From NCBI GenBank assembly GCA_902465495.1, contig CABQND010000002.1, forward strand, positions 11,226 through 75,225: a DNA stretch of 64,000 nt, in the 5' to 3' direction. The stretch is from an uncultured Eubacteriales bacterium (GTDB lineage: Bacteria; Bacillota; Clostridia; Christensenellales; Borkfalkiaceae). Shown here piece after piece: positions 39,813 to 49,743 of this stretch; the stretch's first letter is position 1; each line of letters starts with the position of its first letter. The notes under the pieces are model-generated. The model searched no databases. It saw only the letters and a list, made by a program, of their open reading frames with translations, and was not told where the DNA came from. A program made the position numbers and the translations under genes.

Positions 39813-40668
39813 AGTTCGGAAAAAAAGAAGGATCGCGGAACGCACGTCGGTCACGTTCCAAATCGTGATCGTTGCGACGTTGTCGCTGGTGGCGCTCTGT
39901 CAGATTTTTCCGTTCTGGCTGCAGATCGCGTCGGCGCTTCAGCCGCTCGACCTGGTTCCCGAAGACGGCAAGATTTACATTCTGCCCGTTTCCTGGAATT
40001 TCAAAAACTTTGCGGAAGCGATGTCGCGGGTGGAACTTATGCAGGGGATGCAGAACAGTCTGATCGTTACCTTCGGATATCTGTTGCTTTCCACGGTGTT
40101 TATACTCCTGATGGGTTATACGCTCGGCAAAAAGCGTTTCCGCGGCAAGACGGCCGTCAAGGTCTGCATGCTGATGACGATGGCGGTCCCGGGCGAACTT
40201 CTGATGGTGAGCAATTATCTTTTGGTTTCGGAATTGGGCTGGATAAACAGATATTCGGGCCTGATTCTTCCGGGACTTGTCAATGTTACGGGAATTTTCC
40301 TTCTGATGTCGTTCATGAACACGATCCCCGACGCGATGCTCGAATCCGCAGAACTGGACGGGGCAGGGGAAATCAGGAAAATCTTTCAGATGGTAGTCCC
40401 GCTGAGCTTGCCCATTCTTGCGACGTACTGGATCCTTACGTTTGTGGCGCAATGGAACGATTATCTCTGGCCGATGATCGTGACCAACAAGAGAGAATTT
40501 TTTACCGTACAATTAAAACTTAAAGAATTCAATCCTTATTATTTCGGGTTTGCGGACGAAACGCTCAAATCGGCGGCGCACATACTGACACTTGTGCCCG
40601 TGATCGTGCTGTATCTTCTCTGTCAGAAGCAGTTTATCGAAGGCATTTCCGTGACGGGATTAAAATAA
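39805..40668 (+). CDS. Sugar ABC transporter permease
   Basis: ESAELDGA, WNDYLWP, QKQFIEGISVTGLK. Confidence 0.92.
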   Translation: MNKVRKKRRIAERTSVTFQIVIVATLSLVALCQIFPFWLQIASALQPLDLVPEDGKIYILPVSWNFKNFAEAMSRVELMQGMQNSLIVTFGYLLLSTVFILLMGYTLGKKRFRGKTAVKVCMLMTMAVPGELLMVSNYLLVSELGWINRYSGLILPGLVNVTGIFLLMSFMNTIPDAMLESAELDGAGEIRKIFQMVVPLSLPILATYWILTFVAQWNDYLWPMIVTNKREFFTVQLKLKEFNPYYFGFADETLKSAAHILTLVPVIVLYLLCQKQFIEGISVTGLK

Positions 40669-40683
40669 AGTTGGGGGATAAGC

Positions 40684-43377
40684 ATGAAGAATAGCATAAA
40701 AATACTTCTTTTGGCGGGGATGATGTGCCTGTTTTGCGGTTTGGGCTTTGCCTGTGCAAAAACGGAAAAAGAAGCGCCGTTTGAAAGCGTCATCTATCGC
40801 CCCGCAGGGATTGCCGATACCGTATATGTCATCCGCGCATCCGATATGAACGATGCGGAATACGTGATGGTACAATCCTTGCAGGGAATCCTTGCGCAGG
40901 ACAAGGCGGTGATTTTCATTGAAGATCTGGACGGAGAAGGGGAAAACGCCGACAGCAAAATGTGGCTGGACGATGCCGCGGAAAAGAACGGGATCCGTAT
41001 CGAGTATATATCCGATCCATGGGCTCTTGCCGAAATGTTCGGCGGAGCTTTGCAGGATAAAAAATATGTCCTTTACGATTCGGTAAAGACGAGCGGCGAT
41101 ATGTTCAATCTCAGCATCAATCATGCGGCGACGGTTGCGGGAGCCGAGCGCTTTCTCATGATCGATAGTTCTATCGAGCAGGAAGCGAAGTCGCGCGGTT
41201 TTGTGCTTGGCAAGGACGTACGCATGGCGGTGACGCGCGAAATTTTCGAAGAATACAAGGACGATTTGAATTCTTCCTATCTGATTCATCAAAACCCGGG
41301 GCGCCGCGAATTGCGCGATTACGGCATTGCGGGCAAAGCTCTCTGTTACTATGGGGATTTTGAAACGGATACGCAGATCGTGCAGAGTATTTTGGAATGG
41401 GCGGACGAAAATGCGCCCGTGTACGGTTGGACGGAGAACGAAACAAATTTTGTCAATGCGACTTCGTTGATGTCCAAAGTGGTTGTGGCGGCGGACTGGA
41501 GCTCCAATCTTTCCTTTTACTCGGCGCTTCCGCGGGAAGGGATCATCGAGCAGAGCAATTCCGAACAGCGGGAAGTGCAGGGCGAGCAAGGGAAGCATTA
41601 TGTCGCGATCGTGATGAGTGACGGCGACAATATTCAGTGGTTGCAGCGCAATTTCTTTTCCAACAGACAGTATTTTGCCTCGCCGTATCGCGGTGATTTC
41701 AAGATGACGTGGGGGATCTCGCCCACGCTGTACGATATTTCGCCGAATGTTATGGAAAAGGCATATGAATTGTCTGCGGCGAACGACGAGTTCATTGCCG
41801 GTCCGGGCGGGTTCGGGTATGTCAACGTTTCCGACTACAATCCTGCCTCGTTGGAAAGCTATGCGGCGCTGACGGCTTCGTATATGAAGCAATGCGACCT
41901 GCAATATGTCAATCTGATCGACGCGCACGTCAATGCGCAGGCGCTGCAAGCATTCGGGGAGCAGAAGGCGATCGGCGGCGGGGTATGGTCGGTCGGCGAA
42001 AAATATGTCGAAGGCGGCGGCGGGGTTTATTGGGCGAACGACAAGCCGTTTATCACGGCGCGCGAAACGCTCTGGCGCGTTACGGGCAGTGAGTCGGATA
42101 ACCGATATTACGGATTCAATGAGCGCGTCGCGCAGAGGATCAACGCATATAAGACCGATTATACCTGCATCGAAGGGTATACGGTGGTGGTCGCGCACGC
42201 ATGGTCGATCGGGATGATGGACAGCATCGCCCGTTTTACCGAAATGCTTGACGACCACGTGGAATTGGTATCGGTCGGCGAACTCGTCGAGATGGTAAAA
42301 AAATATGTTCCGCATGAGGATGTCATGGTGCTGAACGACGTTAAACCTGCAGATTTTGACAATGATCTGGCGCCGATCGGAAGCGAACAGCTGATCTGGA
42401 GCAGCATCCGCGATCTGCCGGAGACGAACGAGACGGTTTTTGAATTTGCAAACACGGATGATGCCTGTGGCTTTGTGCTCGGTTGCGGCGGACTGGAATA
42501 CGATAAGGCCGTTATCACGACGGAATATGGCGGATCCGTCCTGTTGGAAGGGAGCGATCTGGGAGATACTTTGGATGTATTGCCGAATTCCTGGATGTAT
42601 CGGATGCTACGTTTGCCGCAGGACGCGAAAAAGTTATCGGTGGCAGTGATTCCGGGCGAGAATGCGAACACGAATTTCCGTATTCGGCTTCTCTATGAGG
42701 AAAACGGGGAAGTGAAAAAAGCGGTATTGCAGGATGGGTTTGACGGAAACGTGGACGGGCAAGGATATTTTCTTCTCCGATCTGCGGGTGTTTACGAATT
42801 TGACATATCGGCATATGCGGGTAAAAAGGTGTTGCTGACGCTCGAACAGGACGATAACGGCGAAGGCAGCGGCGAGATGGTGAATGTATACGCGATCAAG
42901 ATTTTTGGCAAAGATGCGGGTTCGGATAGCGGTACTGAATGGTCAACGAATGCGGAAATATTATTGGCGTGGAATACGGAAGGAACGATTTTTGCACATC
43001 CCGAAGGGATTTGTCTGGAAGCGAAGGACGGGGAGTCGTCTGTTTCCGGAAAATTTGTTGTGACGGAAAGGAAGTATCTGAAATTCTATATCCGTACGTT
43101 TGTGAGGGATGGGGAAACTGACCCGCAGATACAGGCGTATGTGAATGATGCCGCGATCGTTGCGATCGGGCAAGACGCGGAAACCATTCGGATCGAGTCC
43201 GATCTGTATTGCTGTGTGCTCTTTGATTTGAGCGATTATGTCGGAGATGAAATTACTTTTACGCTGAAATCTGTGAGCGGCGACCATGCTTGCATTGCGA
43301 AAATAGTTATGAGTGATTTCTACTTGGAAAGCGAGATGAAAGTGCTGTACACGGCAGAGCAGTTAGGCAGAGCTTAA
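40684..43377 (+). CDS. GxGYxYP-family putative glycoside hydrolase lipoprotein with C-terminal beta-sandwich modules
   Basis: Lipobox GFAC; SLQGI, LRDY, PVYGW, ADWSSNLS, MSDGDNIQW, GPGGFGY, HAWS. Confidence 0.8.
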   Translation: MKNSIKILLLAGMMCLFCGLGFACAKTEKEAPFESVIYRPAGIADTVYVIRASDMNDAEYVMVQSLQGILAQDKAVIFIEDLDGEGENADSKMWLDDAAEKNGIRIEYISDPWALAEMFGGALQDKKYVLYDSVKTSGDMFNLSINHAATVAGAERFLMIDSSIEQEAKSRGFVLGKDVRMAVTREIFEEYKDDLNSSYLIHQNPGRRELRDYGIAGKALCYYGDFETDTQIVQSILEWADENAPVYGWTENETNFVNATSLMSKVVVAADWSSNLSFYSALPREGIIEQSNSEQREVQGEQGKHYVAIVMSDGDNIQWLQRNFFSNRQYFASPYRGDFKMTWGISPTLYDISPNVMEKAYELSAANDEFIAGPGGFGYVNVSDYNPASLESYAALTASYMKQCDLQYVNLIDAHVNAQALQAFGEQKAIGGGVWSVGEKYVEGGGGVYWANDKPFITARETLWRVTGSESDNRYYGFNERVAQRINAYKTDYTCIEGYTVVVAHAWSIGMMDSIARFTEMLDDHVELVSVGELVEMVKKYVPHEDVMVLNDVKPADFDNDLAPIGSEQLIWSSIRDLPETNETVFEFANTDDACGFVLGCGGLEYDKAVITTEYGGSVLLEGSDLGDTLDVLPNSWMYRMLRLPQDAKKLSVAVIPGENANTNFRIRLLYEENGEVKKAVLQDGFDGNVDGQGYFLLRSAGVYEFDISAYAGKKVLLTLEQDDNGEGSGEMVNVYAIKIFGKDAGSDSGTEWSTNAEILLAWNTEGTIFAHPEGICLEAKDGESSVSGKFVVTERKYLKFYIRTFVRDGETDPQIQAYVNDAAIVAIGQDAETIRIESDLYCCVLFDLSDYVGDEITFTLKSVSGDHACIAKIVMSDFYLESEMKVLYTAEQLGRA

Positions 43378-43400
43378 ATGTTGAAAGGAAAGGAGGGGTT

Positions 43401-44816
43401 ATGAAAAGGCTTATAACGGTTTTCATGCTTACTATATTAACAGTGCTTTGCGTTTGTGCGGCGTGCAAGACGGAAATGCCGGATGATAAAGAATCCGTCG
43501 TTCGGGATAAGCTGGATGCGCCGTTCATTACTTTGAACGACAACGTTGTTTCGTGGGATTTTGTAGATAGTGCCGATTACTATGTGGTTTATGTAAACGA
43601 TGTTTTTCAAAAAGTAGAACGAGGGAATCGTTTCCTTATGGATTATGCAATCAACGGAGAATACAAAGTACAGGTTTGCGCATGCGACAGTTATAAAATC
43701 CTGAAAACCAGTGATATGAGCAACGATGTAACGTATGTTGTTGATCGGTTGGATTTGGCGGAACCGTCGCTTACATTGGAAGGAGAATTGCTTAGGTGGG
43801 AATGTGTGCCCGGGGCAACGTCTTATCAAATTTATGTAAACAATTTACAGAACAACGTATTTCCGATTAAAACGGTAAACGGAGTTTGCAGCGCCGAGCT
43901 CGCTTTCTCTGATGGAGGAAAGTATGATATTTTTATCAAAGCAATCAGTTCGGATGATGCATATGAAAGTGAAAGTGTAAGCAATACGGTCAAGTATCAT
44001 TTTTCCAGTAACAAACGATGGGACGCATCGGAAATAAAAGATGAATGGGAATTTTACGGAAATGTTTCACTGTATATGCAATGGATTTATTTCCGCCCGA
44101 CGGAAGAAGCAGGAAAAACAGGGATAAAGAACAGAATTTTGGTGGATCCCGAACATAATTATTTGCATTTAAATTTTGAAAAGGTCTCGGGAACGAATGA
44201 GGGGATATCTCCTGAAAATATCAAAGTGATTGTGAACGGCGCAAAAATTATGGCAGTCGACGCAGACGAAAAAAGTCCGAATATTCCTGAAAACGTATTT
44301 TTATACAATCTTGAAGAGTATACAGGACAGATGGTTGATATTGCGGTGGAACTTGACAAAGAAACGACAATGTTGTTGAGCCAGATTAAAATATATACGC
44401 AGGATAATGTTTCGGCAATGAAAATATGGGATCCGAAAGGTCTTGAACAAGAATGGACGCCACAGGGCAAAATACAAATCCATGCGGAGGGTTTTTGTCT
44501 CGAATGCGAAAACGGAAATACCGCTTCTATTTCCAATACCGTACGCATCGATATTGCAAATAAGTTGGAAATAAGTTTTCGTAAATTTGTGCGCATCGGG
44601 GCACAGGATGCGGATCCGATCATTTATGTGTATGTCAACGGTGACATGGTTTCACCTATGAACGTTACAGATGAATTTGCGACGGTCTCAGGCGAAGCAT
44701 ATACGCCGTTCATTTATGATCTTTCGGCATACACGGGGCAAGACATCACGATAAAAATTGTATCCGTTCAAGGCGAACATGCTTGTTTTAATTCAATTCG
44801 GCTGACGAATCAGTAA
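43401..44816 (+). CDS. Surface lipoprotein: two FN3-like repeats plus two putative glycan-binding modules
   Basis: Lipobox CAAC; KLDAP..VSWD..A..Y.VYVN repeats; C-terminal domain homologous to that of the upstream GxGYxYP protein. Confidence 0.7.
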   Translation: MKRLITVFMLTILTVLCVCAACKTEMPDDKESVVRDKLDAPFITLNDNVVSWDFVDSADYYVVYVNDVFQKVERGNRFLMDYAINGEYKVQVCACDSYKILKTSDMSNDVTYVVDRLDLAEPSLTLEGELLRWECVPGATSYQIYVNNLQNNVFPIKTVNGVCSAELAFSDGGKYDIFIKAISSDDAYESESVSNTVKYHFSSNKRWDASEIKDEWEFYGNVSLYMQWIYFRPTEEAGKTGIKNRILVDPEHNYLHLNFEKVSGTNEGISPENIKVIVNGAKIMAVDADEKSPNIPENVFLYNLEEYTGQMVDIAVELDKETTMLLSQIKIYTQDNVSAMKIWDPKGLEQEWTPQGKIQIHAEGFCLECENGNTASISNTVRIDIANKLEISFRKFVRIGAQDADPIIYVYVNGDMVSPMNVTDEFATVSGEAYTPFIYDLSAYTGQDITIKIVSVQGEHACFNSIRLTNQ

Positions 44817-44833
44817 GGCAGCGGGGAGGAACA

Positions 44834-46507
44834 ATGAATAAAAAAGCGATTTGTATTTTATTTGGTATGATTTTTGCTTTTATTTTGCTTTCCGGTTGTG
44901 CTTCAAAACCCACAGACAACGAAGAAAAACCGCAGCAGACCAATTTGGTTGTTGATGTAATGGCTGATTATGGAGCGAAGGGAAACGGTACGGACAGCGA
45001 CAGGGCTATTATACAGAAAGCGATCGACGATGTTTCCAGGCAGGGAGGCGGGAAAGTCGTGCTGACGGCAGGGCACACGTTTTTGAGCGGAAATCTTTTA
45101 ATGCGAAGCAATGTTACTCTTTACATTGATGACGGGGCGTGTTTGTTGCAAAATCCGGATGTAAACGATTATATCGAAGTACGTGGTTATGATTATGGAA
45201 ACGGATTTGTGGAAATCGGGGATCCGTACATTCCCTATACGAAAGATATATTGTTGGAAACCACAGGATTTTATTCCAAGATTTGGCCGACGATTCAAGA
45301 GTTTCGAGAAGTATGGCATTGGAATTACCCGTTTATTTATGCAGATCAGGGCACGGAAAATATTTGTGTTACGGGCGGAAAGGATTCCACCATGCGCATG
45401 GCGGAGCACGGAGATTCTTGCGAAGGATTTATCCATATGAATATGTTCGGCTTTTATCGCGTGAATCAATTTGAAGTGAGTAACCTTACTGTGTATTATT
45501 CGGGAAGTCATTTCATGGATTATATTTGCTGTAACAACGGGCTGATTTATAATATCTCGGGCTTGACAAAACGCGCGATCGGGATATCGGAATGCCGAAT
45601 GAACGACGGGCTTCATTTAGACAGGTGTCAAAATATTTTGGTGGAAAACTGTACATTTGCATCGGGAGACGACTCGTTAAAATTAGGTAACAGCTATGGT
45701 GACGTTCGCCGTGACAGATGGGCTTCAAGTACAGACATGCAGCCGATGCAGAATATTGAGATCAGCAATTGTTATACGCCAGGCTTGTGCAGCGGCTTTG
45801 CATTTATGTCTTTGGGCGGTACCGCTCCGGATCTGAGCCAGGTACAGATGCGAGATATATATATTCATGATTGTCATTTTGCGGGTGTAAAGGTATGGGG
45901 CCAAAACACGGTATGGAATCCGGATCGGAGTATGTGGAATGGAATAAGCATACCGATCACCAATTTGAGGTGGGAAAATAATGATTGCTATTATGCTCCG
46001 GAGGGTTATGTTCAACAAATTCAAGGTATACTGAATGTTGAGCCGATCAGTGATTGCATTAGTGATGATCCGACAATGCATTCAATGACTTCTGTCTATA
46101 ATGGTGATTTTTCGATAGGGCTTTCGTACTGGAATACTGTTGTTACCGAAGGGAGCATTGCCACGGTTCAGAACTATTCAAAATCCAGTTATGGCTATAT
46201 CGGTGATCTGCATAAAGGCGTTACAAAGTTATATGAAGGGCTGTATTTGGAGAAAGGGACTTATCAGGCAACTTTCAAAGTCAAAAACAGTCATGATGCT
46301 AATGTATATCTTTTTGCAAGTGATCAAAAAGACGGTATTTTGGCAAGAAAAGATATCAATTCGACGACATGGGAAAAAACAGAATTGATCGTTCACGTAT
46401 CAGAAGCGGGTAATTATCGGATAGGTATCGCCAGTGATTCTGGGTGCGGGGTCGGGTCTTGGGCAATGATCGATGATTTTAAATTGGTTTTGTCAAAAGG
46501 CAAATAA
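44834..46507 (+). CDS. GH28-like beta-helix lipoprotein with a C-terminal CBM-like domain
   Basis: Lipobox LSGC; DYGAKGNG..IQKAID..GGGKV, NDGLHL, SGDDS; NGDFSIGLSYW CBM-type start. Confidence 0.78.
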   Translation: MNKKAICILFGMIFAFILLSGCASKPTDNEEKPQQTNLVVDVMADYGAKGNGTDSDRAIIQKAIDDVSRQGGGKVVLTAGHTFLSGNLLMRSNVTLYIDDGACLLQNPDVNDYIEVRGYDYGNGFVEIGDPYIPYTKDILLETTGFYSKIWPTIQEFREVWHWNYPFIYADQGTENICVTGGKDSTMRMAEHGDSCEGFIHMNMFGFYRVNQFEVSNLTVYYSGSHFMDYICCNNGLIYNISGLTKRAIGISECRMNDGLHLDRCQNILVENCTFASGDDSLKLGNSYGDVRRDRWASSTDMQPMQNIEISNCYTPGLCSGFAFMSLGGTAPDLSQVQMRDIYIHDCHFAGVKVWGQNTVWNPDRSMWNGISIPITNLRWENNDCYYAPEGYVQQIQGILNVEPISDCISDDPTMHSMTSVYNGDFSIGLSYWNTVVTEGSIATVQNYSKSSYGYIGDLHKGVTKLYEGLYLEKGTYQATFKVKNSHDANVYLFASDQKDGILARKDINSTTWEKTELIVHVSEAGNYRIGIASDSGCGVGSWAMIDDFKLVLSKGK

Positions 46508-46537
46508 GTGATTTTTTAAATATAGGGAGGAATTGGA

Positions 46538-48577
46538 ATGAGAGTCAAATTTGTTGCAATGAGAAATGTGTTGGTCCTTTTGATCTTGGCAGTGTTTTTC
46601 TGCGTATTTGCTGCATGCAGCGGTGCAGGGGGGACGCAGTCACCTGTTGAAACGCCTGAAACAGAAAGGGATAAGTTGGAGACACCCATTGTGCGGATAG
46701 AAGAGGACGGCACGGTAACGTGGCAGAGAGTGGAAAATGCAAACAGATATGAAGTTTATATTGACGGAACTTTGGTTTTAACGACAGCAGGATACAGTTA
46801 TGAGATTTCCGAATCGGAGGTCGGAACGTATACTGTGACAGTTATTGCCGTCGATAGTTTGGATCGCTATGATAAAAGTGATCCGAGCGAAACACAAGTT
46901 TATGAAGTGAAGGCGGGCAAACTAGAAACACCGATTTTGAGATTTGACGGGGAGAGTATAGTTTGGAAAACGATCGAACATGCGGCGAAATATAAAATTT
47001 ATCTCGACAATGTGGTTACGGAAGAGATTGATATCGAAGAAGCAGAAGGAAACCAGTTTCTGAAGTTTCCTAATTTACCGTGCGGCAGTTATGTGGTCGA
47101 AGTAAAAGCGATATCAGGTGATGAAAATTACATTGACAGTGAAATTTCCGAACCTGTTACATATTATATAGCCGATTCGTCAGCCGAATGGAATGTTGAA
47201 AAAATCTGGACGAATTGGGAAAGAAGCAGTGATATACCGATCATACATGCAAATAATGAGGAAATTTTGGTTTGGGTCGATATTCGCGGGGCGCAAGATG
47301 CGGCTTTGGAAAATTTTGTGGAAATTCCGGCAGGCTCAAAAGCTTTTACGATTACAGGCTTCAAACCGAGCAGTTACGGTGCAATGGATATTACATTGTC
47401 TATAAAAAAGGCGGGAGGAGAATATCAGGATATTGTTGTTGAGTCTTCCGATTACATAACGGCAGAAGACACCGGTGTGCAAACGTATTATTGGGGTTTG
47501 CCGGAGGAATTCACGGACGGGAATGCCTTTATAAAAGCAACAATGGAAAGTTCCGGTGCATATCAGGCACAGTTTGTAATCAGGTCTTTTGCTTTTAGTG
47601 CGGATACGGAATATATTCCTCCGGTGATACCTGTCAACCAGGCCATTTCTCTCGTCAGCGTGAGTAAGCAATTGCCGATCAAATATAATACAGAAAAAGG
47701 GTATTTGACAATGGCAGATGTGTCAGACAGCGCAGGCGATTGTGCGGTCATGTTTGTACCGGCTGATGATATAGGCGAAGAATATTATCGCATTAAAACG
47801 CAAGACGGTTTATATCTTACCATAGTCACCATTCTGCGGGAGGATAACGTAGCATGGGACTACATCTTTGCGGTGCCGTACAATGCCGCAATCGAGAAAC
47901 AGGTATGGTTTACCAGGCCTGTTGTCGGTGCTGAACATAAGGAGACTTTTACGATACTCAATTATGGGGCGCGGTATGATGATAATGGCACATCAAAAAA
48001 TTTGGTGTTGAATGCACCATATCCGGGGTTTGACGGATGCTGTACATGGCAGGATATTGTAAGCGCAGATCTTCAATTTGAAGTTTATGAAACATCCGCG
48101 TCGTTTGCTGATGAGGGAACATTTACGCAAAGTACGGAACTGAATTTAGAAGAAAGTTTTGTGGCATATTTTGTCGGAAGGCGCACGGCGTTGAGTTTTG
48201 ATGAGAATAAAGCCTTGGTGCTTGGCGAATTGATGGGCGATGTAACGGATCTTAGCGGATATGCATGGAAACTGGAGAGCGCAGGCGAAGGGTATTATTA
48301 CATAAAAACGGGCAATGGAATGTATTTGTGCGCGGATAAAGACACTTCGTATTTTGTGACGGAAGCATCGAAAGCGGAAGATGACAGCAAATTTTTATGG
48401 AGCATTTCCAGCCGTGGCGGAGATATGTTTTACCTGGGGAATAAATATGTGAATGAAGACAGTATGTTTATACAATATATGGTGTACGATATATTGACAA
48501 ACAGAATTGGCTTTTATACGGATTTATGTACAAGCGGAGATCAGATTTTAAGGTTTGTTAATTTAAATAACATATAA
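46538..48577 (+). CDS. Surface lipoprotein: two FN3-like repeats, a beta-sandwich, and probable beta-trefoil (ricin-like) domains
   Basis: Lipobox FAAC; KLETP..W..A..Y..Y.D twice; YYRIKTQDGLYL / YYYIKTGNGMYL and QVW / FLW trefoil-like motifs. Confidence 0.65.
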   Translation: MRVKFVAMRNVLVLLILAVFFCVFAACSGAGGTQSPVETPETERDKLETPIVRIEEDGTVTWQRVENANRYEVYIDGTLVLTTAGYSYEISESEVGTYTVTVIAVDSLDRYDKSDPSETQVYEVKAGKLETPILRFDGESIVWKTIEHAAKYKIYLDNVVTEEIDIEEAEGNQFLKFPNLPCGSYVVEVKAISGDENYIDSEISEPVTYYIADSSAEWNVEKIWTNWERSSDIPIIHANNEEILVWVDIRGAQDAALENFVEIPAGSKAFTITGFKPSSYGAMDITLSIKKAGGEYQDIVVESSDYITAEDTGVQTYYWGLPEEFTDGNAFIKATMESSGAYQAQFVIRSFAFSADTEYIPPVIPVNQAISLVSVSKQLPIKYNTEKGYLTMADVSDSAGDCAVMFVPADDIGEEYYRIKTQDGLYLTIVTILREDNVAWDYIFAVPYNAAIEKQVWFTRPVVGAEHKETFTILNYGARYDDNGTSKNLVLNAPYPGFDGCCTWQDIVSADLQFEVYETSASFADEGTFTQSTELNLEESFVAYFVGRRTALSFDENKALVLGELMGDVTDLSGYAWKLESAGEGYYYIKTGNGMYLCADKDTSYFVTEASKAEDDSKFLWSISSRGGDMFYLGNKYVNEDSMFIQYMVYDILTNRIGFYTDLCTSGDQILRFVNLNNI

Positions 48578-48609
48578 GGAAATCCGATAGTGACGCTTCC
48601 AACAAATAG

Positions 48610-48906
48610 GGCTATCTTGGCGGTTTGGATAAAGGCAATGCAAGGCTTTACGAAGGGATCTATCTTGAGACGGGAAGTTATCAGCTGAAAGCAAAAATAA
48701 AGACGCAGGGCGGGGCAAAAGCTGTTTTGGAAGTTACGGATCAGAGTGATGCACCGGTTGCGGTAGTTGAAACAACTGCGGGGGAGTGGACAGAAGTTCC
48801 GCTGAATTTTACCATTGCATGTGCGGGTAACTATCGTCTCGGTGTATTGGGTAGCATTTCCGGATCTGTCATGATTGATGATTTTGAATTAAAAAAACTT
48901 GCTTAA
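48610..48906 (+). pseudogene. C-terminal remnant of a paralogue of the GH28-like lipoprotein
   Basis: GYLGGLDKGNARLYEGIYLETG...AGNYRLG...MIDDF aligns to GYIGDLHKGVTKLYEGLYLEKG...AGNYRIG...MIDDF. No RBS or ATG. Confidence 0.75.
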
Positions 48907-48928
48907 AGATTCAAAAATTTTGCAATTA

Positions 48929-48964
48929 AAAAACATCCGCCGGCTTTTGCCGGCGGATGTTTTT
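48929..48964. terminator. Intrinsic terminator ending the GH38 operon
   Basis: aaaaacatccgccggc-tttt-gccggcggatgttttt. Confidence 0.88.
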
Positions 48965-49296
48965 GGCATCAACATTCTTGCGATTATCGCAGAGATCGGT
49001 GAAGGGTATCATTTAGGATTATGACAAAGTCTGATTGAGTAAGATAGGTTTGATCAGTTTTCTAAGAAATAAAAAGCACAAACAAAAGATAGGTTGGTTT
49101 GGTCCGGAAAGGCAACAAAAAACATTTTGAGGCGAGCTTTTGGGATCACAGAGATGCTAAAAGGCGAACGAATGGAAGGCTGCTGCGATTATACGGAAGA
49201 GGAAATTGTAGCACTTATAAAAATTACGGCAAGAGCGCCGCTCATTATCTTAACATAAACGATCGAGGCTGAAAAATTTCGGCGTTTCTGATTTAT

Positions 49297-49480
49297 TTAA
49301 GGCCGATGGGTTTTGTTTTTCAGTTTATTAAAATTTACCTCGAAGTTTTTTTTGAGCCAGCGGGAAACATATAATTCGTTTTCAAAACCGAGGGCTGAGC
49401 AAAGTTCTGAAAGTTTTGTGTTTGAGTTTATTATTCGGAGAGCTTTTTGTTTGCGCGCTTCATTGATATGTGAAGTCCTC
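49297..49480 (-). pseudogene. AraC-family HTH C-terminal fragment
   Basis: INEARKQKA...LSELCSALGFENELYVSRWLKK resembles AraC HTH2; the N-terminus is missing. Confidence 0.6.
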
Positions 49481-49538
49481 AAAATCCACCCGAAAATGTC
49501 CAAACCAACAAAAAACACGGTCAAAAACCGTGTTTTTG

Positions 49539-49552
49539 GTGGTGGGAAGAGG
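49539..49552 (-). repeat. Duplicated 3' end of tRNA-Tyr (att-like), with its own terminator
   Basis: gtggtgggaagagg is identical to 49743-49756; adjacent hairpin aaaaacacgg-tcaaaaa-ccgtgttttt. Confidence 0.8.
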
Positions 49553-49743
49553 ATGCATATTGCCGAACCCCCGCAAGCGGGGCCCCCTCGGCAAAGCGTC
49601 GCCTTGCGGATAGGCAAGAGCAGGGGAAATAAAGAAACAACGCCGCAAGGCTCGCGCGAACTACCGTTAACACGGTAGTTCTTTCTACTACTTCTTCCTG
49701 TCAGCGCAAAAGGCGATACCCGTTATGGGTATCGCCTTTTGCG

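Noticed and set aside
40660..42315. 551-aa minus-strand ORF
   Set aside because: Antisense shadow of the GxGYxYP gene.
48968..49005. ILAIIAEIGE, reminiscent of IS110 transposases
   Set aside because: Only about 10 codons with no flanking homology; may be chance.
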